64,000 bases of DNA, taken from assembly GCA_973895155.1 (NCBI GenBank), contig OZ316896.1:10117525-10181524 (forward strand), read 5' to 3'. Every line of letters starts with the position of its first letter. Position 1 is the first letter of the stretch. This DNA is from Marsupella aquatica. Lineage: Eukaryota; Plantae; Marchantiophyta. Positions 38,170-50,626 of this stretch are shown in pieces. A program made the translations under genes and the position numbers. The notes under the pieces were generated by a model. That model searched no databases, was not told the DNA's origin, and was given only the letters and a program-made list of their open reading frames with translations.

Positions 38170-38800
38170 TGACCATGTGGGTCACCTGTCATTTGAGCAA
38201 TTCGACAATGAGAAAGCAACTACAGAGCACGGCCGCTCCCTCACAGTCAGTACTAGCAGGAGAATGATACGAAACCATGCTGTCAGTACACTGTATTTGA
38301 GAGAGTTTCTTCATCCGGACAATTGGGCCCGGTCTGCCTTTCTGGGTCTATGCGTCTACTGTATCTATCATTCTATCTGTCTCCGGACAATTGGGCCCGG
38401 TCTGCCTTTCTGGGTCTTTGCGTCCACTGTATCTATCATTCTATGTCTCCCGGTTTGGCGTTCCTGCCTTTTTGGCAGTGTGATATATATATATATATAT
38501 ATATCTGTCTGCGATGTGTGAATGTTGAATGTTGTTCGTGTTACAAGCCCACCATGTGGGTCATCGGCCAATTGGGCAATTCGGCAATGAGAAAGCAACT
38601 ACCCAGCACGGCCGACCCCTCACAGACTACATGCAGGAGAATGATACGAAACCATGCTTCAGTATTGTATGTGGGAGTTGTTCTTCATCCGGATACTCGG
38701 ACCTGGTCGGGCTTTCCAGGTCTATGTGTGTACTTCGTCGATCATTCTATCTGTCTGTGATGTGTGAATGTTGAATGCTGTTCGTGCTACAAGCCCACGA
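38170..38800. repeat. Local ~380-bp duplication with an internal ~56-bp doublet and an (AT)n tract
   Basis: CCATGTGGGTCA..CAATGAGAAAGCAACTAC..GAGAATGATACGAAACCATGC at ~38173 and ~38552; CCGGACAATTGGGCCCGGTCTGCCTTTCTGGGTC x2. Confidence 0.8.
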
Positions 38801-41800
38801 GTGTTGTTGAATGCCCTCATTACACAGCCCACGGAGAATTCTAGGAGAGACGTTCAAGGAGTCAGCCTCGCATTCATGGAGCATTCTTCTTCCTTTGTTC
38901 AATCTCGCTTTCAATGATATGCTGGATCTGTGACATCATTTGGGTACCAGTGGAAAGTGAGAAAGTGCAATAACAACTTTTAAAGTGTCCAGGGGGAAAG
39001 TGAGAAAGTGAAGAAACACCTCTTAAAGCGTACACTGGTCCAGTCACATATTGGTGCTCCGAATCGTTGGATTACTCTTATGGGCTTGGAATCAATTGGG
39101 GCTTGGAAACTAGCATTTGGTCATAAAGAATAGTTCATAAATAACTTTTTCACAAGACTCTGTAGTGACTAATGGTTATGGCATGGTTATGGCATAAGAC
39201 CAATCTTTATGACAAAAATTATGGACTATGAATTCTGTAGTGCTTAACTTTTTGTGTCCATAACCCATAAGTAGGGGAGTTAAGGTACATCAAATTGTCA
39301 GCTTTGAGACTCCCTATGAATCATATGGTTCAATTTGTTTAAAGATATACATCACACTGCCAAAACAAAAAGCTCCATACCACTAGGAGACAAGATCCCT
39401 AAGGTATTAAACAGAATAAGAGAATCTCCAACCCTGGTCGGTTGGGTTGCTCTAACCGGTGTTGACCACCTAAACAAAATGCAAAAAAGCCAGGTCCAAC
39501 CCATTCATTGGAAATGCAAGCATTCATTGTCACCTGAACAAAAAGTCAGGTCCAAACACTCATGGAACACACATATTCACTAGGATGCTATCGGGTTTTC
39601 AGGGACTGGGGTTGTTTCTGGATTCTGTATATGGAAGAGTTTGTACACTAGTTGACTTTCTACTAGGTTAGCCTGGGTTTCCAGGATTTTAATCAATGGC
39701 AGTCGGTCTCTACTTTTAGGAAAGTTATCCCGTCAGATTTGGGGCTGCTTTTCAGTTGGCCATGATAGCTACATAAAGTAAGCTCAAAAAACGGACATTG
39801 TAAGGCTGGGTATTTAATGAGTACCTAGAGCCAGTAACCAAACCAATGTAGAGGTGGAGATGCTTTAAATGGGAGAAAACTAGGATTATGTACATATGTC
39901 TTGTAGATAATTTCCATAGTGTCCCCTCATCACTGAATTTCTCAGAATTCTGATTTGGGGTTTCCCTGAATGGCAAAAATGAAAAAACAAGGAACCCTTA
40001 AAACGCTACAGTAACCAACAAAAAGTACCAAACCGTAAAGGCCTACACTAACCAACAAACCTCAAGCCCTGCATTAAAAAACAAATCAAAGCCCCTATGA
40101 GCCAATGTGTTAATGGATGGTGTGTGAGTAACTCGGTGAGTAAGGGGGGAAGGTTTTTTCTTTTTCTGACTGAAGCAAAGAGTCAAATGCATGGGACGAG
40201 CTGTTTTGTTCACAATTTATTGCATTGCGCAAGATGCTACACAATGGACAGGACTATGCCTATGTCTTGAATGCAAGTGCTCGACATAATTGAACAACAG
40301 ACTTATTACTTACTCACCTTGACCATGGCACTTATATTACCTAAGGACTGGTCAAACCCCAAACCAACAGCCCTGTTAGCCAAAACAAACACTTATATTT
40401 ATATTTATCTATATCTACACACACACACACTTATATATATGCCAAACAAACAAAAGGATGTACAGGAGATTGGATCTTAAAAACAGGAAAATCTTTAAAG
40501 GAGGAGGGGGTGGAGGGAGCCAAAAAGTCTGAGTGTCTCCATCAACTCAAGCAACAATTGCAAAAGAACTAAAGGCATATTGAGCAACAAACTGAATGCA
40601 TAGTTGGGTCATGAACACAGCAAAAAGGCAAATGCATGGGGAGCGATGTTTTGTTCACAATTTATTTGATTTGGGCAAACGATGCCACACAGTGAAGAAG
40701 AATGTGCCTATGTCCTGAATTACTTATGTTACATAGGGTGGTTTTACAAAACCTTGGGCGGTTTTTTACCCAGCTAATCTATCAACCACTTACCATCCTA
40801 ATGATATTGTACCGGGGCTAAACAATATTTTTGAATCATTTTATGGCCCTCAATGTCTTGTGAAGCAAACAGTAGCAAATGGCGCTTAAAGAATTTGCTT
40901 TGAGACAAGTTGGGGACCCACTCCACCTAAAAGTAACATAGTTCTTTTGCTAAAGCCCTTCTTGCTCTATCAAGAGAAGACTAAAGGACCAGCACGTGGG
41001 TCCATCTTTAATGTGGGTCCATTTTTTTTAAAACTCAAGATAGGAATGGACCATGTGGCCACATAAAGAGAACTTCAAGAGAAGTGATCCAAAATCTAGG
41101 ACAAAACTGTACTCCACATATTAAGTAAAATTTGGGTCTCACTCCATTCCATGTAGGATTGGCAAGGAAGACAACGGCGCCCAATGTTTTGTAAAGTGAA
41201 TAGCAGTTGTTTCTCCCCATTGGATGGTCCCAATTACATCCTGGGGACCACAAATATGTTCAAAGTGCTCCCAAAGTCTTGTAAAGGCATTTTTAGTAAT
41301 GTTGCTTATTACACTCAACAGGAAACATGCATGATTTGGGTTGCACTGGTCCATGTAGGCATTTCGTCCAATATTAGGGCTACTAGCCTAACTTACTACC
41401 CTTTCTTTGAACGTGAATAGAGGTGAGGATTAAAAAGTGTCTCTTTAAAAACATTGAGCCATAACTCACAAGCTAAATGTGTGGACTCCAACTCCAATGT
41501 TGCTCAGTCAAAGCTCAAAAATTAAGTCTACAACTTGCTGCTGTTATACAAACTAAGATTGAGATTTTTCTTCAGTCAACAATGTTAGTCTTAAGAGCCT
41601 CGATGACAGCAGCTGACCAAAGCTTTTTCAAGTAATTGAAGAAGAGCTGGCCGTTTCACCATAGCCCATTGACGAGAGCTGGCCTCTTCACAGGTGGCCT
41701 ACCTAATCCACCAACTCCCTTCACAGGCGGCCCCTACTCCATCGACTCTCTTCACAGGCGCCCTATCCACATAGTTACTCCTCCACCCCCATTCCCATTT

Positions 41801-44800
41801 TCCACCCCCACCCTTAAGTTGATTATGGCCCTCTAAGTCACGGCCTACAGGCTTCAATCTATAGTGTAACCCTTAAAAAGTAGCTGCGCATTGGGCTTTA
41901 ATAGTAAGATGGGGCTCAGTTTCTACTTCCTTGACCAACCAGACCACTTATTTTAATCAAGGACTGGTCAAAGAAGACAAATCAATGTAATAATAAGAAG
42001 GGCTACCATGTCGGTCCTGCCAGTGCTCTGCAGCGAATGCATTCCACGTGGCAGACTCCTCTGACTTGCAATGCATAGTTCTTAATAAAGTCTGGTTTTC
42101 ATTCTGAGGCATCATCCTTATCATCCGCTTGACTTTCATTGGGATATTGACTGAATGACTCTATGGTACCTTTGTGCCATCCCAGACTTGCACCAAATAC
42201 TATTTTTTAATCCCATCAAATAACGCAACTCCAAATATTCTCGTGTTGTAGTATTTATTTTTTTAGATGTATGCACTGAAAGTCAGTGTTTACATCAAGA
42301 TGCTTAGAATCCTTATATATTTCTTTTTCGCAGTGAGTTATATTGTTTATTTTTTGGCCAACAGAGACCACTAAGATACAACCCCCAGGCTAGCGGACTC
42401 TCAAGTGCTCTTCAATTCTCTGACTTGTGCCTCTCTGGTTTGTTAGCACTCCCCTAGGTAGCAATTTTCGTGTTGTCCAACTTTGCCTGATTTTCTTTTT
42501 CTTGTGGGGACTTCTTATTTTGGCACTAAAAAGATTCTTCAGGAAGAGAAATACTGCATGGAACAAGAGAAAATAGGTCGAGAGGAACATGAGAAATAAC
42601 CCATGCACGGAAGCAAGAAATGAGAAGAACTTAAGCCAAAGGAAACAGGGCAGCAGCCCAATAAGCAGCTACATGTCACTGTTGACGACACTAAGTACAT
42701 GGTAGCTAGAGAGGCGGGAAACCCTGATAACATTGACCTGAGAACAAGGCAGGATCGAGATTCTACTAGGGCATGTCAAACCAGCTATTTTGTGGAGGTT
42801 TCTCATGACCGGAATGTTGCAGGCCAGGTTGCGGACCAAAAATCTGCAGCCTCCCAAAAAACGTTGCTATCACTAACTCAGGCAGTCAGTGCACGGGCAT
42901 CTGCACCAAATTTTGGTCCACGGACATGTGTTAGCGCCCTTCCAAAAAATGAGTGTGATTTGGGCAGGTGTTGTGACTCATCTCAAACTGACAAACCCTT
43001 GGAGTAGGTTTTCCAGGAAGTTCCAGTTAGTTTCCAAACAAATAATTATTTAAATTTTGGACCTTTACAAAATAATTTTACACTGCTTATGAAACCTCAA
43101 GAAAATTAGTGTTGTAAATTTGAAAATATTATTCACTTCCTCATGTGAACACTTACTTTTCAGTGTGTACATTATTTTCAAAATTAAAAACTCTTACTGG
43201 GGAATAGTATTTGGAGGTTTCAGAAATGCAGCTGCATTATTTCCTTGAATTAAAAATAAAAATAATTCCTGATGTGCCACACTAACCCGAATAGCACTCG
43301 TGTACAAAGAAAAATAAATCTGATGCATGCTTGACTGACACGTAAAAGGCGTTACTTTCTTTCATTTGACTCCAGAGGTAGCTGTGAAATGTGAAAAGTT
43401 GTTCCCCCCCTTGAGTCAACCCAGGACCAGGTTGGCTATGGTAGTCCAGAGTCTAGATGCCTATTTGAGTCAATGTAGCTGACTGCCAGGGCACAAATGG
43501 ACACAACTTGAGGTATATAACAATTGGAAAAAATAGAAACGTCAAACCGGGGAGAGGACGAGCAGACAACCAGGGAAACCCATACAGATCAAAAGAGCCA
43601 AAAGCCTCCAACTACGGCAAAAGCATTAAAGCCCAACTGAGCAATATATTGAAAAGTCTTGTAAAGATGCAGAGTAAACAACATAGAAGGGTCACTAAGA
43701 AGAATCTGTCTAGAGGCCATGAAATCAACAGCCTTGGCCCTATAAAGAATAGTGAATGCCTTGGAGCCTTGTAAAAATTATTTCAAATTTTCCACTCAAA
43801 TTAAAAGTTTTTTGTTATGGAAAGAGACAAGGACAAGAAACCCAATGAAAATAGATCTAGTCATAACTTTGTAGAGGGCTCCATCCACACAGGCTTTAAA
43901 CTCTGAAGGGCTCCTAAAAACATCTTAGTATGAAAATCAAGCCATTTTGCTCTAAATCTATTTACTCTAGTAACAATACATGTTTTCAAAGATTCTATCC
44001 AAGCTTAGGAATCCTATCCATCCAAAATGTTTGGGATTGTGATCATACCTAAGCTTATATAGCTCATGAAAAAATCTTTTCACATCAAGTTAATGCTCAA
44101 ATAGTCCATATAATCTTCACGTTTGCCTGAAGGACTCCAATACACTAAGCACACCAAAATAGGTGTTAACATTCAGAGTCAAAAGAAATATGTTATTATG
44201 TACATGGTTCCCGTTTGGATCATTCACTTCATTTTCACACTATTGTTTTCCTCGTTGTTTTCCACCCAAAACCAAAAGAAAGGTGTTATCTGACTAATTA
44301 ATTAGGCCAGGGTTGCACTTGTAGCCTAGAAAGACACTAAGAAAACCCAAGAGGCCAGAGGAGATGAGGCAGAGTCCATGCAAGGGTTTGCAATTGTTAG
44401 TCCACCACCTCAAGGACCACCAGAAGGCAGCAAGACATGACATGTGCCAGGTAATGGCAGGTTGACAAGGTGTGGTTTTAATCATATGTGTTGGCACCTA
44501 TGTTTGAGATGAGGTGAATGGTTGAGGAGGCTGGCTGGTCGAGGCGTGGTCCCTAGAACTGTATATGGACTGCGGCAAGAGGGCGCAGCATGTGGGAGCC
44601 TATGGGCAAGTTGATGAGGTGTGATGCCTTGCTTGCAGACACAACATTTTCATGTTTTTATCTCCAAACCCACCTTTTGCAGACCTGATGGCTAGAGAAA
44701 AGGTCCACGAGAAACTTTGATGGCTAGGATTAGGGCATCTCAAACCTGTTTCCCATTTTTTCTTGCCCAACCGCTGTAAGAAATTTTTGTCTGCCATTCT

Positions 44801-45797
44801 GATCGGAACTCAACTTTCAGGAAAACTTCACCTATGGGATTTCTGGTTTGAGATGATTCATTTGGGTCAAACACCCACCCACACATTAGCTCAAGAACCA
44901 CAGGTTTTGTTACCTGAGACCCATTCGGCAGGATTCCAATCACAAGAAACCTCCATGGAAAAGTGGGTTTGAGACTCCCTATTGGTTCCCACCCAATGTT
45001 TTGAGTTGATCATCACATCAGATATGCATGGAGATCTTAGTACACTACTGATTTACATTAGATAATTGAATAAATTGTGAATTTGGATACCATTTTGTTG
45101 GTATATAGTATATATTATTTTCAAAAGAGTCAATTAAATAGGAAAAGAACTTTGTATCCACGGCATACATCTTGTCCAGAATACTAAGATGAAATTATGC
45201 AATTTGATATCAACTAAGTAAACTTCTAAATTGTGCTCAAACAGTACAGGGTATATAAAAAGGGGACTACAGTAGTTTTTCCATTGATACAGAGGTAGTA
45301 GTTTACTTGATACTATCTGGGCTGTACTAGAGAACCCTAGATGCTAAGGGAGCCTCCTTTTGAAACACGGCCACCTTAAAAAAATTGTTTTATAGTTGTC
45401 GCCGAGGTTGTCGCTGGCTAAAAGTCAAGACAAGGCCAGGGAATGATTTCTTGCGGGCAGGCAGGCATGCAATGAGCTCAGGCAACAAGAACAACATTGA
45501 GGCTTTTTTCTTGTTTTGTTCTGTTTGGTTTTGAACCAAATACTTTACTCACAAGGGGCTTTCTTTGTTGCCCCGCCCTGCTGAGCAGCGCAATAGGGGA
45601 GTGCCAAGGAACTAAGGACTATTCCTTTAGGGACAAGCTGTTGTTTCCCCTTCAATGACCGTCATCATGAAAGGCTGTAAAGCGGTAACCCTACATACAC
45701 GAGGTATTGGAGCAGCGGCCAACAAGAAGCCAAGAACATCATCACAAGAGCAATGTTGACATTTTCTTTTCCAGGGCAGGGCGGGACAGGGTGGGGC

Positions 45798-46141
45798 TGT
45801 TAGATATTGCTCTAGTCTTGTGACTCATGAGCTAACTATAGTTAGGCTAACTCGGGTTAGGACTTAGCTAATGTTAACGGTAGTGATGTTGTGCATATAG
45901 CCAGGGCTGATGCCAGACCCTAGTGAAACTTAGGCTCATTGTTACGGAGCTAGTTGAGAAATAGGGAGATCGTGTGCTGTGGATGCTTGGTATGGCTGGT
46001 CGGCCTAGAGTGCAGTAAAGCTCTTGTGTGTTCCCGTGGACGTAGCCTCATGTGGAGGTGAACCACGTATCTCTCTGTGTCGACTATTGTGCGTTGGATG
46101 GTTCATGGGCTTGCCGTTACAAATGTCGTCTATGCTCAACA
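45798..46141 (+). mobile_element. Solo LTR (344 bp) related to element 1
   Basis: TG..CA ends and perfect TSD GGGGC on both sides. The 3' ~210 bp closely match the element 1 R/U5; no PBS or internal region follows. Confidence 0.93.
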
Positions 46142-46254
46142 GGGGCAGGGTAGGCAGGCCAGGAAATGTGTAGGGTAACCCATGTGAATTTTTGAATCAT
46201 TCATTTTATTGTAAGTTACACTACAAAACTGTCTGCCTAGCTGCGTGCCACTTG

Positions 46255-46620
46255 CATAGACAACAATGTTAATCTAAGACAACATGTTAATCTAAGACAA
46301 CATGCACATATGCAACTCTGACATCCACCAAATACACAATAGTCAACACAGGAGATATGTGATTTACCTAGCACCAGCGGCTACATCCACGGGAACACAC
46401 AAAAGAATTTTACTGGACTCTAAATCCATTGGCCACACCAAATCTCCACATACTGAGCTCTTCCTATCTCCCAATTGGCTCTAGAATATTCAATGAGCCC
46501 AAGTTTCATCCACTAAGTCCTGCTAGTGTAGGAGTAATTGCACATCCAACTATAACCAAACACCTCACTGCGACTCAACTAACTTTGGCTATATAGTAAC
46601 TCTAGACCTAAGACTGAATG
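46255..46620 (-). mobile_element. Degenerate LTR relic of the same group, inverted relative to the solo LTR
   Basis: Reverse complement contains gggctcattg..gagccaattgggagatagg..tagagtccagtaaa..gtgtgttcccgtggatgtagcc..gactattgtg. Ends are uncertain. Confidence 0.75.
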
Positions 46621-46649
46621 CATAAGAGTTCAATCTATTTTGTTGCTTT

Positions 46650-48300
46650 GGTCACGGGCCTTAGTCGTTTATTATTAGCGTGAACCAAATTATGACTAAA
46701 GTACATGACGTATTCAGGTAGTGAGAAATATCACCATAATTGATGTGAACTCTACATATTAGTTGACTCATGAGCTTCTTGTGACCACATGTATAGCTTT
46801 ACTCATGGGCCTTGCGCTAAGTAGAGTAGAATAAAGTACATTGGGAGTACATGAAGTGTTTTGGTAGCTAGAAACATGACCATATGAACTCTACATATTA
46901 GTTGAGCTTATTGTGACAACACAACTTACTTTACTCATGGGCCTAGTGCGCTTGCGCTAACTAGATTATTTACAACTAGAGCACATGTTCAAGTTTTCTG
47001 GCAGCAAGGAACCTCACCGTATTAACTATACAACTTACTTCAACATCTGGTGACCACAGTCATACCTTTGGTCACGGGCCTTGTGTTCACTAATTTACGA
47101 CTGAAGTACATTAAGTATCTGGGCAGCAGCCAAGGAACATCACCAAATGTGGTCACGGGCCTTGTGCTAACTAGGTTATGACTAAAGTACATGAAGCATT
47201 GCGGCAGTAAGGAACATCACCATAATTGTGAACTCTACATGTTAGTTAAACCTATTTTGACAATGGAATGTTGGTCTCGGGCCTGGTTTATTAGTTATGC
47301 TATATAGCTAACTTACTACTATGGCACATAAACTATCTGGGCAGCTAGGAACATTCCCTGTCGTTTGGTTACTGTGGCACATGAAATGTTTGAGCAACAA
47401 GGAACACCACTTTCTTTTTGTTACTATGGCACATGAAGTATTTGGGCAGCAAGGGAAATGCTTCCTTTCATTACTATGGTGCATGAAATATTTGGGCAGC
47501 CAGGAACATCACTTTGTTGTTGTTGCCATGGCACATGAAATATTTGAGCAGTGAGGAAAATCACTTTTCTGTTGTTGCTATGGTACACAAAATATTTGGG
47601 CAGCCAGGAACTTCACTTCGTTTTTGTTACTATGACACATGAAATACCTGGGCAGCAAGGAACTCTTCTTTGTCATGGCACATGAAACACTTGGGCAGCT
47701 AGGAACATCACTTAATTTTCTTTCCTATGACACATGAAATTCTTTGGTTGCTATGGCACATTTGGGCAGTGAGAAAGCATCATTTTGTTGTTGTTGTTGG
47801 AATACATGGCACATGAAATTATTTGGGAAGCGAGGAACATCACTTTCTTTTGGTTGCAGTATGGCACATCTGGGCAGGGAGAAACATCACTTTTTTGTTG
47901 TTGTTGCTAAGGCACATACACTGTATTTGGGCAGCCAGAAACATCAATATTTATTTTTTCCTATGGCACATGAAATATTGGGCAGCGAGGAACATCACGT
48001 TCTTTTGGTTGCAGTATGGCACATCTGGGCAGCGAGAAACATCACTTTCTTGTTGTTGTAGCTAGGGCACACAGACTCTATTTGGGCAGCCAGAAACATC
48101 ACTTTCTTTTTTCTCCTTTGCCACATGCAATATTTGGGCAGCGAGGAAACATCACCTTCTTTTTGTCACTATGGCACATGACATATTTGGGCAGCGAGTA
48201 ACATGACTCGCACATGACATATTTGGGCAGTGAGTAACATGACTTCCATTTTCGTTACTATGGCACATGAAAATATGTTTGGGGCAGCGGGGACCATTAC
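46650..48300. repeat. Degenerate ~40-60-bp minisatellite (TATGGCACATGAAATATTTGGGCAGCNAGGAACATCAC core)
   Basis: About 20 recognisable units at 47320-48300, with more diverged units back to ~46650. Confidence 0.85.
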
Positions 48301-50626
48301 TTTCTTGTCGTCGGACGGGCACGGGCACGGGCACGGGCAGCAGGGGCAGGGAATGATTCGTCGCGGGCAGGCTGGCACCGTCACTATTTAATGCCGGTAA
48401 AGCCGTAGCGACCGTCGACAAACACAGAAAGGCCAACAACAGTGTAAAAAGAGACCACAACTCAACTCTAGAGCGAGCTTCTCAGCTTCCTTCCGATTCC
48501 GCTCACGCCACACGACATAATTTTTCAATTTCAAGCTCTCCAACATCGTCCCTATTCTCTTTCCAGCAGCCAGCAGCACTGCAGCTGACGAGAGCGAGCG
48601 AGCTCATCAGATTCGCCTCGACCCTGCGACAGCGGTTCGAGAGAATCGATGGAGTGAGTGAGAGAGTGAGTGAGTGAGGAGTGAGGCTCTGAGCGGCTGC
48701 TGATGCTGAGTGCTGTGCTGAGGTAATCAATCATAAGTCAGACCATCGAACGAGTACTTGAGTGTGGCGGACGAGGAAGAGGGCCCCCCACTCCGCCCGC
48801 AATGTGCGCGATCACTAGTCCGACTCCAAACCATCCACGAAGGAGGCAGCACAGCACGAGGGCGAAAGAGCACCGAGAGAAAGAGAGAGAGGGAGAGAAC
48901 AGAGAGAGAGAGATGAAACAGAGTAACGTCTCGTGAGGAATTCATTGATTCCTTCGTTCGTGCGATCGTTTCGTTTCCTTTCGTTTGTTCTTCTTCTCCA
49001 TTGAGGTGGTGGGTTCCTTACTTCGTTGCGTCTTGTTGTTTCTTCTTCAGTCAGGGCTCTCGTCCACCATCGCCGCCCCGAAGCAACGGACGGTGGACGG
49101 ATTGGAGGTGCAGAAGGGGCTTGCTTCCGAGGAGAAGCTGCAGGGAAGAGAAGTGGCGCCAGGCATTCTTCCATCAGCACAGCAGCAGGAGCAGTGCAGT
49201 GCAGTGCAAAACAAGGGATGGAGGGAGAATAGTCGTCGTAGTTCGTCTGTCTTCGTTCATCAAGGGTTGCGTCGCATTGCGTTGCGCGGTGGCAGGTGGT
49301 ACCTTGTGCCGGTGGGGCTTGCGGCCGGGTAGTGGAGGGAGGGAGGGCGCGAGCGAGGAGAGGGAAAGGAAGGGAAAGGAAGGGAAGTATCGCCACTGTT
49401 GTGTAGTTAGATGAAGCGCAGCAGCGATCGATGAAGAACACGGACGAGTGAGCGAGGGACTAGAGAGTGGGTGAGGCAGTAGTCCGAGTGGGCTAGTTTT
49501 TGAAACGAAGCAAAAAGCACCGGACTGGTGCGGTCCAGTGCGGTGGAGCCTGGCGCAGGGCGGTGTATGGATTTGATGATTTATAGAACTAGTCACAAAA
49601 GAAGAAGCCGCTGGCGCTGGGCGTAGAAGTCTTTCGTTGGTGGATCTTTCTATTGTGGTGGTGGTGTTCTACGGAGAGCGAGCGAACGACTTGCTTCTCG
49701 GTATTTGGGGCAAGGTTTTGCGTCTCTGGGGTTGGGAATAATTCGGAGCTCAACGCGCATGTCGGATGATTGGTGATTAATAGTGAACAAAGTAGTGTTA
49801 TTGTAAAAATAAGAACAAGATGGGAGGAAGAGCGGTCCGGAATCATTGCACAGCAGCAGGAGGAGGAGCTGGGGAAACGGGGTCGTGGCGACAGGGCAAG
49901 AATGGTGTTCAATTGACAGGTTTGATGTCTTTACTACTACTGCCGACCTTCTTCCACCATCGCTGCTGCGCTGCTGGAGCATCTCGATCGATGCTCTTCC
50001 CTGTCACTACCTGTTGCTGCTTGTGGGAGGTAGAAGAATTATGTTAGGAGCTATGATTGCCTGTCGTCTGGTTGTCTGTGCCTGCGAGGAAGATTACAAC
50101 TGTAATCTTAGGCCGATTCACACTGTTGGAGTTCAAACATGAATTCGGCGAGGAATTCTCCCCTTTACATCTAGGAGACCTTGCCCTTCAGCGCTGTGTC
50201 CCCACTGGTCTCTCTGATTAGTGGTGAGGGAGGATTCGTGCTCTCCCTTTCCTAATCGAAGCTTGGCACTGCTTTACGTCACTGGGTTTTTGATGAGGAG
50301 CTGGCTGGAAGCTTGATATGGAGGATGGTCAGGAGTTATGGTTGAGAAATTGTCTGTACATTGGTGGAAAGTGTAATTATGCTCAACTTGTTTTCAAGGA
50401 GAACTAGTCACTGGCAGTCGTGAATGGGGTTGACTGCCCTGCAAGTAGTCTACTTTTCCTCACTTGCAAGTGTTTGTTCATTCGGTGTTTCCAGGAGAAT
50501 TGTGTCTTGGAGAAGGGAGATAGCTTCCGGAAGAATCTGTGCCTTGGGTGGAGTAGACTACTTTAGGGATTTTAAGCGAACGAAGAAATTATTGAAAGCA
50601 AACGGGGACAACCTCAGACGGCAAAG

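Noticed and set aside
47320-48300. CRISPR-like periodicity
   Set aside because: Units are degenerate along their whole length with no unique spacers and no cas genes; in this eukaryotic context it is a minisatellite.
48152-48460. ORF with a signal-peptide-like N-terminus
   Set aside because: Starts at TTG, runs into minisatellite and microsatellite sequence, and has no recognisable motif or splice support.
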